Part shown: one piece after another, positions 33,349-43,897 of the stretch | Layout: every line of letters begins with the position of its first letter | Position numbering within the stretch: position 1 is the stretch's first letter | Origin: a virus | Lineage: Duplodnaviria > Heunggongvirae > Uroviricota > Caudoviricetes | IMG/VR virus record: IMGVR_UViG_3300047444_000753 | Span: 5,256 to 69,255 of that record | Direction: 5' to 3' (one strand) | DNA length: 64,000 nt | Notes under the pieces: model-generated | The model's database searches: none | Seen by the model: the letters and a program-made list of their open reading frames with translations, nothing else | Told to the model about the DNA's origin: nothing | Made by a program: the position numbers and the translations under genes

Positions 33349-34632
33349 GTGAACAATATGCCAGCAATCATGGTTCTTGATACGAGTGTACTTCTAGCCG
33401 CAGGGAAGAAGGCCTTGTACTCATTTGAACAAAATGATCTGGTCATTCCTTACACCGTGCTGAAAGAGCTTGAGTCCAAGAAATCCGATCCGGAACTGGG
33501 CCGCATGGCGCGTTCGGTAATCAAGGAGCTCGACAACCTCAACGAGACGGGCGACATCAAGACCGGCGTCAGCCTTGGAGAAGATTTCGGTAGCATTCGG
33601 GTCGAGGTCAATCATGTCGGAGATGTCCCGGAGATCCTTCAGCCGTATCCTTCAAACGATACCAAGATCATCACGGTTGCCGCCTACCTGACCGGACAGG
33701 CCGATCAAGAAGTCTTCCTCGTTTCCAAGGACATCGCGCTCCGCATCGTCGCCTCTACGGTGGACGTCAAGACCCGGGACTTCACCCCGAACTTCGACGG
33801 CAACTTCATTGACAAGGTGGAGTCCTTCGACGTTCCGGTCGAGGCCATCGATGAGATCCACGAAGAGGGCGACGTCAAGCTGACGCTAAAGGTGCCCATG
33901 AACGCTGGTGTCATCCTGCGCTCCGAGATCAACCCCAAGCACTCGGCCCTCGCCATCGCCAAGGGGGATTACTCCTTCAAGATCATCGATGACCAGAAGG
34001 TCAAGGGCCTTGAATCGCACAGCGCCGAACAGGCCATCGCGATCGAGTACCTGATGGATCCGAAGATCAAGATCGTCTCCCTCGGTGGCCGTGCCGGTAC
34101 AGGTAAGACCACACTGGCGCTGGCCGCTGGCATCGAGCAGCTGAACGACTACAAGAAGATCACGGTGTTCCGCTCCATGCACGCTGTCGGCGGCGAGGAG
34201 CTTGGCTTCCTCCCGGGCACCGAGCAGGAGAAGATGGATCCTTGGACACAGGCGATCTACGACTCCCTCGAATCCTTCATGGACAAGAGCCAGATCAACG
34301 CTCTCAAGATGAAGGGCCAGATCGAAGTCCTGCCGCTGACCCACATCCGTGGCCGTACGCTCCACAACCGCTTCGTGATCGTGGATGAGGCGCAGAACCT
34401 CCACAAGGATGTCCTGATGACCGCTCTGTCCCGTCTGGGTCAGAAGTCCAAGGCCGTCCTGAGCTGGGACGCCGCACAGCGTGACAACATGTACGTTGGC
34501 CGCTTCGATGGGGTCTATGAGGTCGCCAGCCGACTTCTCGGGGAAAAGCTCTTCGGCCACGTATCGCTGCAGCGCTCCGAGCGTTCGGACGTTGCGGACC
34601 TTGTGACCCGGAAGCTGGACGATCTCAACTAG
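33349..34632 (+). CDS. PhoH-like ATPase with N-terminal PIN domain (YlaK-like)
   Basis: PIN-like IMVLDTSVLL, then Walker A GGRAGTGKTTLA. Confidence 0.85.
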   Translation: MNNMPAIMVLDTSVLLAAGKKALYSFEQNDLVIPYTVLKELESKKSDPELGRMARSVIKELDNLNETGDIKTGVSLGEDFGSIRVEVNHVGDVPEILQPYPSNDTKIITVAAYLTGQADQEVFLVSKDIALRIVASTVDVKTRDFTPNFDGNFIDKVESFDVPVEAIDEIHEEGDVKLTLKVPMNAGVILRSEINPKHSALAIAKGDYSFKIIDDQKVKGLESHSAEQAIAIEYLMDPKIKIVSLGGRAGTGKTTLALAAGIEQLNDYKKITVFRSMHAVGGEELGFLPGTEQEKMDPWTQAIYDSLESFMDKSQINALKMKGQIEVLPLTHIRGRTLHNRFVIVDEAQNLHKDVLMTALSRLGQKSKAVLSWDAAQRDNMYVGRFDGVYEVASRLLGEKLFGHVSLQRSERSDVADLVTRKLDDLN

Positions 34633-34657
34633 AAACTGGGTATACAATAGATAGACT

Positions 34658-35350
34658 ATGATAAATCTATTGGCCAGTGGGCTTCTCCTAGCAATTTCCG
34701 CCGTAGCGCCTACACCTTCTCCGGACTGTGTAGGTGCTACGGTCGCGCCAATAATCTCTACCACTGTGTGCCCACTACCCACAGATCCAGTGACACTCCC
34801 GCCTGCGGTGTCCGTGACGCCTCCAACTGCTCTGCCAGTGCCTCCGGTGACGATCACACTGCCTCCGGCACTTGTTGTACCATCGAAGCCCCCGGTACAC
34901 ACACCTGCGCCCGTGCCTGCCCCCGCACCAGCTCCGCTTCCGTACGTGCCCTACCAGCCTCCGGTCTACCAGCCTCCTGTGTATCAGGCTCCGACACCCG
35001 CCCAGCCGGTCCCGGACATCACCACAGCACCTGTCCACGTGCAGAAGCTCCCGACCCCTGCAGCACCTGCCACACGGCCAGCAGTCACAGGCCTACAGCT
35101 GATCAAGCACTTTGGTACCGGAACCGCGAAGCCTCAAGACTCTGTGACGGCCCCCGAGGCTGTTCCGCACCGCCAGCCGCCCTTTGACAACTCCATTGCC
35201 GGGGTCATCGGAAACACGGCGGCACAGTTCCCAGACCTTGGCTGGATCTTCCTTGCCCTCTGCGGGCTCGGCGTTATTGTGCTGACCGAAAAACTTGATA
35301 GATCACCAAAAATCAAGCCGGTCGGACGCCACTCAACTAAGCTGAAATAG
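34658..35350 (+). CDS. proline-rich secreted/membrane-anchored protein
   Basis: N-terminal signal peptide, PAPVPAP repeats, C-terminal TM. Confidence 0.55.
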   Translation: MINLLASGLLLAISAVAPTPSPDCVGATVAPIISTTVCPLPTDPVTLPPAVSVTPPTALPVPPVTITLPPALVVPSKPPVHTPAPVPAPAPAPLPYVPYQPPVYQPPVYQAPTPAQPVPDITTAPVHVQKLPTPAAPATRPAVTGLQLIKHFGTGTAKPQDSVTAPEAVPHRQPPFDNSIAGVIGNTAAQFPDLGWIFLALCGLGVIVLTEKLDRSPKIKPVGRHSTKLK

Positions 35351-35402
35351 TCTGATTCTTAAAAATCTTGTCATTTTGGCTTACCCTGTGTATACTCAAT
35401 AG

Positions 35403-36845
35403 GTGTTGAAGGACAGCACCGATATACTAAAGGGACACGTGAAACGCATAATCTCAGACATGTTCAAATCCAGCGGATCACCCGAGAATGACGGGAAGCT
35501 GGATACACTGGAAATTCTCCGGGAGATGACGACCATTGTCTCGCTTTCGGCAAACCTCACCGGCAACAAGCGCCTCGCCAAGGCCGTCACCGGAATCAGT
35601 GTCGCAACATCCCTGAGCACCGTGGCAAGCCACTTCATCGGTATCTACCAGAAGCGCGGGTCCTCCTCTGAATTCGTGATCAAGATCTCCGAGACCGATC
35701 CGATCTTCACTGTCGCCGAGAAGTGGCTGAATGACGCCCTGCCCGCCGACCAGCAGAAGTCCATCTTTCTCCGGACCAGCACACCCGCCAACGCCAACTA
35801 CGCATCCCACACCGACCACCCGGTGTCCGACACCCCGGGCAGCGCACGCCCCGCACGCATCGATCTCAAGCGACAGATCGACGGCACGATTACCCAGAGC
35901 GTCACCATCGCCGGGTTCCCCGTGACCATTGGAACCAACAACCCGTCGATCTCGGACGACAAGCAAAAGAAAAACTTCTACACCGCCCGGTCCATCGTCA
36001 TCACCTGCCGGTCCCTCGCGGCCCGTGATGCAGTGCTGGGGCGGCTGGATCTAGAAGCCCAGAAGTTGATCAACCAGAAGCCCACCTTCAGCACCTCGAT
36101 GAGCTGGGGAAGCTTCCGCGTTGTCTCCGACACCCCCGTGCGTCCGATCGACTCCGTCATCCTCAAGGACGGGCAGATGGAGCGCATCCTCGCCTTCCTG
36201 CGCCGGTTCCTCGACAATGAGGCGACCTACGTCAAGCTCGGAATCCCCTACCGCACCGGACTGATGCTGCATGGCAACCCGGGGTCCGGAAAGTCCTCCA
36301 CGGCCACGGCGATCGCCAACGAACTCGGCCTGAACATCTACTACATCTCCCTGTCCGGACTGGACGACGATGATGCACTGGCCCGCGCCTTCGGTGAAAT
36401 CCCCGCCTACTCTCTCGCTGTCCTCGAAGACGTGGATGTCTACAGCAGCACCAAGATCCGCACCGACAAGGATACCGGCGAATCCAAGGGAATCACCAAG
36501 GCAGGCCTGCTCAACTGTCTTGACGGTCTGACGGCACCACACGGTGTCATCACCGTCATGACCACCAACTTCCTCAACGCCATCGACCCGGCCATCATCC
36601 GGCCCGGACGCGTGGACCTGATGGAAGAGCTCAACGAGCTGGACACCGATCAGCTGCGCCGCCTCTGCGAGTACTTTGTCGGCTACGTGCCCTTCGGTCT
36701 GCCTGAGGTTACCGTGGAGGACGGAATCACCAGTGCCCAGATCGTGGACATCATCCGGAAACACATCCCGATGGTCGAAGATTCGGCGGATGATATCCTG
36801 AAATTCGTCGTAAGTAAAGTACGTAGCTTTACAAAAATATCTTGA
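35403..36845 (+). CDS. AAA+ ATPase (BCS1-like)
   Basis: Walker A GNPGSGKSS and Walker B LAVLEDVD. GTG start, uncertain. Confidence 0.75.
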   Translation: MLKDSTDILKGHVKRIISDMFKSSGSPENDGKLDTLEILREMTTIVSLSANLTGNKRLAKAVTGISVATSLSTVASHFIGIYQKRGSSSEFVIKISETDPIFTVAEKWLNDALPADQQKSIFLRTSTPANANYASHTDHPVSDTPGSARPARIDLKRQIDGTITQSVTIAGFPVTIGTNNPSISDDKQKKNFYTARSIVITCRSLAARDAVLGRLDLEAQKLINQKPTFSTSMSWGSFRVVSDTPVRPIDSVILKDGQMERILAFLRRFLDNEATYVKLGIPYRTGLMLHGNPGSGKSSTATAIANELGLNIYYISLSGLDDDDALARAFGEIPAYSLAVLEDVDVYSSTKIRTDKDTGESKGITKAGLLNCLDGLTAPHGVITVMTTNFLNAIDPAIIRPGRVDLMEELNELDTDQLRRLCEYFVGYVPFGLPEVTVEDGITSAQIVDIIRKHIPMVEDSADDILKFVVSKVRSFTKIS

Positions 36846-36891
36846 TAGTGTAGAATCATATGGTACGCCCCCAATTTGAGGACACCCCCAT

Positions 36892-37140
36892 ATGCCAAAT
36901 TACACGGTACAGTATGCATTTAGTAACGATACTGCAGACACAAAAGAGAAGAAATTTGGGTATGCCAAGACCCAGATCAATACCGACCTCCCGGTGGAAA
37001 CCGAGGAGCACCGGATCGAAATCGGCAGGTTCATCGGCCAGAAGAACGGCTACACTGCCGTAGGCATCATGGACATCCAGCCGTCTGACCACTTCACCGA
37101 TGACTCCGAGACCGTCTACGAGGGCGAAATTGTCATCTAA
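36892..37140 (+). CDS. hypothetical protein (82 aa)
   Basis: GAGGACA RBS. Confidence 0.6.
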   Translation: MPNYTVQYAFSNDTADTKEKKFGYAKTQINTDLPVETEEHRIEIGRFIGQKNGYTAVGIMDIQPSDHFTDDSETVYEGEIVI

Positions 37141-37534
37141 TTCCGGGAAACATTGGACAGATGACGCGGCCTGCCTTGGGCTAGAACAGTTCTTCCACTC
37201 CTACAAGGATGAAGAAAAGAAGATCGCCAAGGGCATCTGCGCCGAATGCCCGGTGAGACTGGAGTGCTTGCAGGATGCTCTTGACATCCACGAACGTTTC
37301 GGGATCCGTGGTGGCGTGGACGAGCGCGAGCTCCGTATCGCACAGGGCATCAACCATAAAGGTGAGACAGCTGTAGACCCCAACAGGCGTATCCGCTGCC
37401 TGTACTGCGGCCCGCGCACCAGCGACCAGCTGGAGGTCGTGGAACGCAAGCGGACCAAGACCGAAGTAAAATGTACGGTGTGTGGCCTAAAGTGGTGGAC
37501 TCGCAAGCTTATCAATAAGAAGAACAATTTCTAA
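37100..37534 (+). CDS. WhiB-family transcription factor
   Basis: Four conserved Cys (AACLG...CAECPVRLECL) and GIRGG turn. Start could be TTG 37130. Confidence 0.8.
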   Translation: MTPRPSTRAKLSSNSGKHWTDDAACLGLEQFFHSYKDEEKKIAKGICAECPVRLECLQDALDIHERFGIRGGVDERELRIAQGINHKGETAVDPNRRIRCLYCGPRTSDQLEVVERKRTKTEVKCTVCGLKWWTRKLINKKNNF

Positions 37535-37613
37535 AATATGCTTGATTGACAATGTATATGCCACCCTGTAGGCTTCCACATAGGAACCAACAAGGATCAG
37601 GTAGGATATACAA

Positions 37614-39716
37614 TTGACAACATGGACTGAAGTCTTCGCGCCTGTCGCCGCAAAGGGCCGGGAAGCAAGATCAGGACAGGCACTTCTGGGACAGGCCGTC
37701 CTCGACGTGATCGAAAAGGGCGGGTCCCTGATGGGCGAAGCCGCCACCGGCACGGGAAAATCATTCGCCACCCTCATCCCCATCATCCACGCCATCCGCA
37801 CGGCCAAGAATGAGAAGAAGACATACAGGGGTGTCGTCTCCACGGAGACCCTGACGCTGCAGCGCCAGCTTACCCAGAAGGATCTGCCCTTCCTCGAAAC
37901 CCTCTACCCGGGGTTCACGTTCCGGAAACTCATGGGACGTGCCAATTACCTGTGCCTGCCGCAGGCCAAGCTCAACGGTCGCGGCAACGCCCAGACCGCT
38001 GCCATGGTGGAGAAGCTGAAGATCCGCCAGAGCAACCTCGGCGACGGGGAGCTTGGCGACGTGTGCCGGGTGCTGGGACGCGAGATCTCCAAAGAGGAAT
38101 GGGATTCCCTCACGGGATCCTCCAAGTTCTGCGCGGACAACCAGTGCGATGCCAAGGACTGCTACTCCACTGCCGCACGTGCCAAGGCCATGGCGGCGGA
38201 CCTTGTCGTCGTCAACCACGCCCTGCTCATCACCGACGTGGAGATGAAGGTCAACAACGGCGGAGGACCATTCGCTGACGGCATGCTGGGGCAGATCGAC
38301 TGCCTTGTGGTGGATGAGGCCCACAAGCTGGAGGGCGTGATGATCGACCAGTGGACGAAGAAGATCAACGACTGGGAGCTCTCCGAGATGTCCGCCTCCG
38401 TCATGGACGGGATCGAAGCGGGCAAGAACTTTGTCTCCAACGCCTCCATCGGATACACGGTGGACGAGGGTCTGGAGAAGTTCACGGACGTGCTCAACAA
38501 CATCCGGAAGTACTTCGCCGCCATGGCCCAGAACGGCAACGAAGAGTGGAAGAACAACTCCTTTGCCCTCTGCCCGAAAAACCATAGTTCATCGGATCCC
38601 CAGCACATCCTGACCATGATGACGGAGTTTGAGACGGAGAACCCGGCGCGTCTGGTAAAGGTCATCGAAGTGCTCGAAAAGGCTACCAAGTACCTCAAGG
38701 CAGCACAGGAGCCAGCGTCGGAGCAAAAGGGCACCGGCCTGCGGAAAATCAACAAGGCCATCCGCGCCTGCAAGGACCTCACCGAGACCGCTGAGATCAT
38801 TTCTAAGGCCCTAGAATCCTCCAACGGGGTAGTCAGCCAGTACGGTGCCTACGGGGCGATCGTAGACGGCTGGGAGCGCCGCAACGGGGAAAAGGGGATG
38901 ACCTTGCGTCTGGTGCCTTTGGACGTCTCCACGCGGGCCAAGTCGGTCTGGAAGGAAAACCGGACCAACATCATGGTCTCGGCCACCTTGACCGACCTCA
39001 CGGACGGCACCCTGAAGTACGCCCGCGAGAGCGTGGGCTTCCCGGAAGGCCGGGAGCTGAAGGTTGGCACCCCGTTTGCCCTCTCGGATGTCCAGCGTGT
39101 ATACCTTACTTCCGCCAAGGGCGAGAAAACCGAGGGAGCCCAGTACGATTTCAACGAACTGGTGGCGCTCCTCAAGGTATCCAAGGGGCGTGCCCTTGTC
39201 CTGTTTACCTCCCGGGTGGAGCTGGACACGGCAGCCATGATGCTCCGGGCACTATACAACAGTGGCGAATTCCCGTATCGTGTTCTGGTGCAAGAAAAGG
39301 ATTCCGATAAGGACAAGCTGGCAGACGACTTCAAGGAAGACGTGCACTCGGTCCTGCTGGCAACCAAGTCCTTCTTCACGGGATTTGACGCTCCGGGCGA
39401 GACGCTGTCTATGGTAGTCATGTGCAAGTTCCCGCTGCCCCGGTACTCTGTCGAATGCAAGATGATGATCGAGCACTGGCGTAAGCGGGGCTTCCCGAAC
39501 TGGTACTCGCGTCTGGCACTGACGGATCTTGAACAGGCCTTTGGCCGACTCATCCGATCCAGCCAGTGCCGGGGCATTCTGGCCATGCTGGACTTCCGGG
39601 TAGTCGCCTCCAACACGAATGTGGGTAAGACCGCCGCCATTGGCCTGAGCGCCATTGGATCCCCGATCACCTATGACATGAACGCTGCCGGGGCCTTCAT
39701 CGACCAAGCAGCATAA
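37614..39716 (+). CDS. DinG/XPD-family (Rad3-like) SF2 DNA helicase with Fe-S domain
   Basis: Walker A AATGTGKS, DEAH box VVDEAH, and CADNQCDAKDC cysteine cluster. Confidence 0.85.
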   Translation: MTTWTEVFAPVAAKGREARSGQALLGQAVLDVIEKGGSLMGEAATGTGKSFATLIPIIHAIRTAKNEKKTYRGVVSTETLTLQRQLTQKDLPFLETLYPGFTFRKLMGRANYLCLPQAKLNGRGNAQTAAMVEKLKIRQSNLGDGELGDVCRVLGREISKEEWDSLTGSSKFCADNQCDAKDCYSTAARAKAMAADLVVVNHALLITDVEMKVNNGGGPFADGMLGQIDCLVVDEAHKLEGVMIDQWTKKINDWELSEMSASVMDGIEAGKNFVSNASIGYTVDEGLEKFTDVLNNIRKYFAAMAQNGNEEWKNNSFALCPKNHSSSDPQHILTMMTEFETENPARLVKVIEVLEKATKYLKAAQEPASEQKGTGLRKINKAIRACKDLTETAEIISKALESSNGVVSQYGAYGAIVDGWERRNGEKGMTLRLVPLDVSTRAKSVWKENRTNIMVSATLTDLTDGTLKYARESVGFPEGRELKVGTPFALSDVQRVYLTSAKGEKTEGAQYDFNELVALLKVSKGRALVLFTSRVELDTAAMMLRALYNSGEFPYRVLVQEKDSDKDKLADDFKEDVHSVLLATKSFFTGFDAPGETLSMVVMCKFPLPRYSVECKMMIEHWRKRGFPNWYSRLALTDLEQAFGRLIRSSQCRGILAMLDFRVVASNTNVGKTAAIGLSAIGSPITYDMNAAGAFIDQAA

Positions 39717-39723
39717 GGAAAAA

Positions 39724-40905
39724 ATGAGACTCGCAGATAAGCGCGGAGAGATCGAAATCTCCGCTGACCTTGCCAAGCAGTACGTCAAGGCGTGGTTCAA
39801 GCCAACGGACTTGATCACAATCGTCGGACGGCGTTCTGTTCCGACCGGGAATTTCGATACAATAACGCAAACAGTGGTGGCCAAGGAGTTTCTTGAGCAC
39901 CTTGATAATGATTCACTACAGTCAATTGTCTTCGATTCCGATGGCAGCTCGTGGAACATCTACGCCGGAATCTGCCCGGTCAAGGAAGAGCTGAGCATTT
40001 ACCGGCGCGGGACCAAGGAGAATATCGCCTACGTTCCCGGGCTCTGGGCCGACATCGACATCAAGGCCGGATCCTTCGACACCGAGCAGGACATCATCAA
40101 CTGGCTCCACTCTCTGGACCTGCAGCCCACGATGATCTGCGGGTCCGGGTCCGGTGGCATCCACGCCTACTGGCGGGCGCACTGGACCGAACAGTTCGAT
40201 GAAAATCTGGTCGAGCGCTGGTGGAGCTACCTCGATGAGAAGGCCGGGGAGAACCGACACATTGACAAGCTGATCGACAGCACCCGCATGCTCCGTCTTC
40301 CCGGCACCGTGCACTTCCCCAAGCTGACCTCCTCTTCCAGTGACGCCTCGCGCAAGCTGGGCATGGTCAAGATCATCGAGCTGACCGGCATAACCTACGG
40401 CACACAGCAGGTCATGGACATCTCCGAGGGTGCCTACCTGCGTCGTGGCGAGCGCCGCAAGCGGCTGGTCGGCGAGGATGCACAGCGCCGGATCGACGGG
40501 GATGCACTGGCCAAGAGCCTGCTGTCCGGCCAGAAGCCCGGTCGCTGGAAGCTGCTCCGGGCCATTGCATATGTCGAGGACATTGTCAACGACACCTACT
40601 CATGGGACGAGATCCTTGCCCCCATGGGCTGGACGTGGATGAAGGAACTTCGGGACGGGTCCAACGAATGGGCACGCCCGGGACGCTCCGAACGCTCGGC
40701 TGTGGTGGATTTTGAGGGTTCCCCAGTGATGAGCCTGCTGTCCACCTCGCTTGAGACGGGGCTGGCGGATCTCAAGGATGCCGGGATCCACCTCAGCAAG
40801 TACCGCGTGCTGCTCCGTCTGCACTTCAACGACGACATCGATGCCCTGATTTCAGCGGTCATCGGTAGAAACAACCAACAGGAACAGGAACCATACTATG
40901 TCTAA
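39724..40905 (+). CDS. bifunctional primase-polymerase (AEP/PrimPol)
   Basis: D.D motif (ADIDIK) and sGsGGIHAYW motif. Confidence 0.75.
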   Translation: MRLADKRGEIEISADLAKQYVKAWFKPTDLITIVGRRSVPTGNFDTITQTVVAKEFLEHLDNDSLQSIVFDSDGSSWNIYAGICPVKEELSIYRRGTKENIAYVPGLWADIDIKAGSFDTEQDIINWLHSLDLQPTMICGSGSGGIHAYWRAHWTEQFDENLVERWWSYLDEKAGENRHIDKLIDSTRMLRLPGTVHFPKLTSSSSDASRKLGMVKIIELTGITYGTQQVMDISEGAYLRRGERRKRLVGEDAQRRIDGDALAKSLLSGQKPGRWKLLRAIAYVEDIVNDTYSWDEILAPMGWTWMKELRDGSNEWARPGRSERSAVVDFEGSPVMSLLSTSLETGLADLKDAGIHLSKYRVLLRLHFNDDIDALISAVIGRNNQQEQEPYYV

Positions 40906-41074
40906 TGATGATTTTGGCGCGGCTTTCGGGAGCAAGAAAATTGTGATCGAGCCCACTGCAGAGATGCGTCAGAACGCCACAGCACTGTTTCAGATGAAGC
41001 AGGCATGGATCGATGCCGGGTTCACCGAGACGCAGGCCATGCAGCTCGTCCTTGCAATAATTGCAAAAGGTTGA
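40898..41074 (+). CDS. small hypothetical protein (58 aa)
   Basis: ATG overlaps the previous stop. GGAAC/AGGAA RBS. Confidence 0.45.
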   Translation: MSNDDFGAAFGSKKIVIEPTAEMRQNATALFQMKQAWIDAGFTETQAMQLVLAIIAKG

Positions 41075-41077
41075 TCC

Positions 41078-41380
41078 ATGCCAGTGACACGGGGGACTTC
41101 AAACTCGAACTCGCGTGGCAGCTCTGAGGACAGGCGTCGTCGCCGGAAGTACGTCATTGACACTTTCGGCGACGGCGTCACCGCACGCTGCAGTTTCGAC
41201 GGCTGCACGGTGATGCTCACCGTTGACACCGTCACCATTGACCGGATCAAGCCCGGTGCACTCGGCGGAAGATATACACGTGACAATATCCGTCCAGCGT
41301 GCGGACCCCACAATTTCTCGGACGGCGCTACCAATGTCAAGGAACAAGTGAGGAAGGCACGACTTGAAGTATTTGCGTGA
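41078..41380 (+). CDS. small HNH endonuclease
   Basis: C..C ... DRIKP ... N ... CGPHN pattern. Confidence 0.65.
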   Translation: MPVTRGTSNSNSRGSSEDRRRRRKYVIDTFGDGVTARCSFDGCTVMLTVDTVTIDRIKPGALGGRYTRDNIRPACGPHNFSDGATNVKEQVRKARLEVFA

Positions 41381-41651
41381 TGATGTAGACCAGTTTTATC
41401 GTCTCCGTATGATCGCCACCTTCAAAAGCGGGCGCATACATCAGGAGATCTACGGCCCTTTCACCAAGGAGTCCAAGGCCCGAGAAATTCGGACCCGCAT
41501 GACTAAGGTCTGGTCCGGATGCTTTTCGGATCGCAGACAGAATCCGGCACGTGGTGATAACCACATTGTCCAAAGTATTCGATTCGTTACCGAAGTTCTT
41601 CCCAGCTTTGGATGGCATATCAAATCCGACGACACCATTACGACGGATTGA
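41364..41651 (+). CDS. hypothetical protein (95 aa)
   Basis: TTG start with GAGGAAGG RBS. Confidence 0.55.
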   Translation: MKYLRDDVDQFYRLRMIATFKSGRIHQEIYGPFTKESKAREIRTRMTKVWSGCFSDRRQNPARGDNHIVQSIRFVTEVLPSFGWHIKSDDTITTD

Positions 41652-41682
41652 CCCCAACTCCTACAGCATGTAGAATAGACAG

Positions 41683-41712
41683 GTGCGAACTTCGGTTCGC
41701 ACTTGCTGTTTA
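41683..41712 (+). terminator. rho-independent terminator
   Basis: Stem GTGCGAAC / TTCG loop / GTTCGCAC, then TTGCTGTTT. Confidence 0.65.
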
Positions 41713-41803
41713 CGCAGTAAATATACACCCCCAACAGCTAAAGCTCCAACTAAGGCATGCTAGAATTATTGCCTAATGATATGAAGAAATACAGGTAAAG
41801 AAA

Positions 41804-42088
41804 ATGAGTGAAACCCCCGCCTCTGTACGACGCCGCGTCGGTAACAAGAAGATCTGGCGTTTCGTGAATGTCATCCTTGACCACGAACCCGGCAAGTACA
41901 TCTGCATCCAAGAACTTGACGGCGATTTCGGTGAGCCCAACGTTGACGGCCACGATGAAAACGGCTGGCGAGACGCCGACATTCCGGCATCCACGCGCAT
42001 CATCCGCGTCACCATTGACGACTCCGGTACCGCACGCACAGATCACAAGCCGTATGACGGCGACAGGATTTCGCTGCGCGACTCCTAA
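41804..42088 (+). CDS. hypothetical protein (94 aa)
   Basis: Coding-like. Confidence 0.55.
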   Translation: MSETPASVRRRVGNKKIWRFVNVILDHEPGKYICIQELDGDFGEPNVDGHDENGWRDADIPASTRIIRVTIDDSGTARTDHKPYDGDRISLRDS

Positions 42089-42145
42089 ATGACTGAGTGA
42101 CACAAGACAAAGAAAATAACATACACAGTCATATAAAGGTAAGGC

Positions 42146-43828
42146 ATGGGAGAAACAGATATCCTAGCGAGACTCCGGAAGGAGCTTCGCCTCGACGTAT
42201 GGTGGCACGACCTGATTGGTCAGGCCCCACGAGTCGAAGGTTTTGATTACGACAAAGCCGCAGAGGCATTGCCTCGCACTGAGGCCACGGCATCCGCCGC
42301 GATTGCCTCCAAGCTCAAAGACCTCTTGTCCTACACCGAAAAGGACAACCGCTGGTACCTCTGGGATGAACGGATCCACACACCCTGTGACGGCGAGATC
42401 GTGGCGCTTCAGGTTGCCAAGATCTTCTACGATGCCCTCTGTGACGCGCTGGAATTCATTCAGGACGCGTGCTACAGCAACGCGGACCAGATGGCCATCT
42501 CCGGTGTTCCAGACGCCGACAAGAAGGCTCAGGCCATCCGGGACGCCTACGACAAGTTCATCTTCCCCAAGCACCGCGCATTCCGCGACCGCATGGCGGA
42601 GAGCTCCGGGATCAGTGCCCTGATCAAGATGCTCCGGATCGACTGCGTCGTGCCCGGGGACTACTACGAAAATGACCAACGCTGGTTCGTCATGCGCAAC
42701 AAGGTCCTTGATCTGGACGCGCTCCGGGACTTTTCTTCGGGGAAACTGCAGTGGGTCTTCCTTGACCACTCCCCGTCACGCCCAGTGACCAAGTACTTCG
42801 ACGCGGACTGGGAAGCTGTCTTGGGGACGGATGACTGGGTGAACTTCCTTGGCCGGTCCATCCCGGATGAAGCCAGCCGCAACTACATCCAGCGTGTCGT
42901 CGGCGCGGCCTTCATGGGCACGTCAAAGCTCAAGTGTGTCATAAACCTCCAAGGACCACCCAACTCGGGCAAGTCGGTCTTCGGCGGTACCCTGTTCAAG
43001 CTGGGGAAGCCCGGTGCAGGCTATTCGGCCATGCCGGACTCCAAGGTGGTTACCAAGGTGAACGGACAGAACTTCGAGCAGGATTCCTGCCGTGGCCGAC
43101 GTGTCGTCGTTATCTCCGAGCCGAGCTCCTCCGAGCGGATCGATGATGACTTCATCAAGCAGTTTACAGGTGACGACTGGATCGAGACCCGTACCCTGAA
43201 CGTTAAGAGCTCCGGCTGGGTCCCACAGGGTGTCATCTTCGTGCTGTCCAACGACCGGCTCAAGATCAACACCCGTGACAAGGCCATCGTGGACCGTGTC
43301 CAGACCATCTCCTTCCCGATCCACTTTGAGGCGGAGATCCCGGGCATTTCACACGTTCCCGAAGAACGGCGCATGATCGAAGGGCTGGAGGGGAAGCTGA
43401 TGGATGACCGTGCGGCCATCCTGCAGTGGATCGTCTATGGCATGGGCCACTTCGTCAAGGAGGGCCAGAAGCTCAACCCACCGGAGTCTGTGAAGCAGCA
43501 GGCTGGTGACGCCGTTGCGGACGCCTCACAGGCCCTGCGGTGGCTCGGTGAATACGTGGAGGAAGGCCTGCTGGAGATCGATTTCTCCGAAGAGGCCCAG
43601 TATTTCCTGCCTGTCATGGAAGCCTACTCGCGTTACAAAATGTGGGCAGTGTTTTCCGGGGAGAACCGTCCTTTGTCTAAGAAGCTTTTTGAAAAGGATA
43701 TCGAAAATAGGTACGGAGCAAAGGTCCGTGCCGCTGATGAATTGCGATTTACTGCAATAAAACCCACCCTCAAGTACCGTAAAAAGTACGGAATTGGAAT
43801 AGATAATTCCGTTGACGCCGGGTTCTGA
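42146..43828 (+). CDS. D5/P4-type primase-helicase (SF3 NTPase)
   Basis: Walker A GPPNSGKS, Walker B VVVISE, D5-N-like N-terminus. Confidence 0.8.
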   Translation: MGETDILARLRKELRLDVWWHDLIGQAPRVEGFDYDKAAEALPRTEATASAAIASKLKDLLSYTEKDNRWYLWDERIHTPCDGEIVALQVAKIFYDALCDALEFIQDACYSNADQMAISGVPDADKKAQAIRDAYDKFIFPKHRAFRDRMAESSGISALIKMLRIDCVVPGDYYENDQRWFVMRNKVLDLDALRDFSSGKLQWVFLDHSPSRPVTKYFDADWEAVLGTDDWVNFLGRSIPDEASRNYIQRVVGAAFMGTSKLKCVINLQGPPNSGKSVFGGTLFKLGKPGAGYSAMPDSKVVTKVNGQNFEQDSCRGRRVVVISEPSSSERIDDDFIKQFTGDDWIETRTLNVKSSGWVPQGVIFVLSNDRLKINTRDKAIVDRVQTISFPIHFEAEIPGISHVPEERRMIEGLEGKLMDDRAAILQWIVYGMGHFVKEGQKLNPPESVKQQAGDAVADASQALRWLGEYVEEGLLEIDFSEEAQYFLPVMEAYSRYKMWAVFSGENRPLSKKLFEKDIENRYGAKVRAADELRFTAIKPTLKYRKKYGIGIDNSVDAGF

Positions 43829-43897
43829 TTGCTGATACTGTGTATATTGTAGTTACAATGTACGTAATTGCAATTCACTACCAAAGATAGGCCCCCA

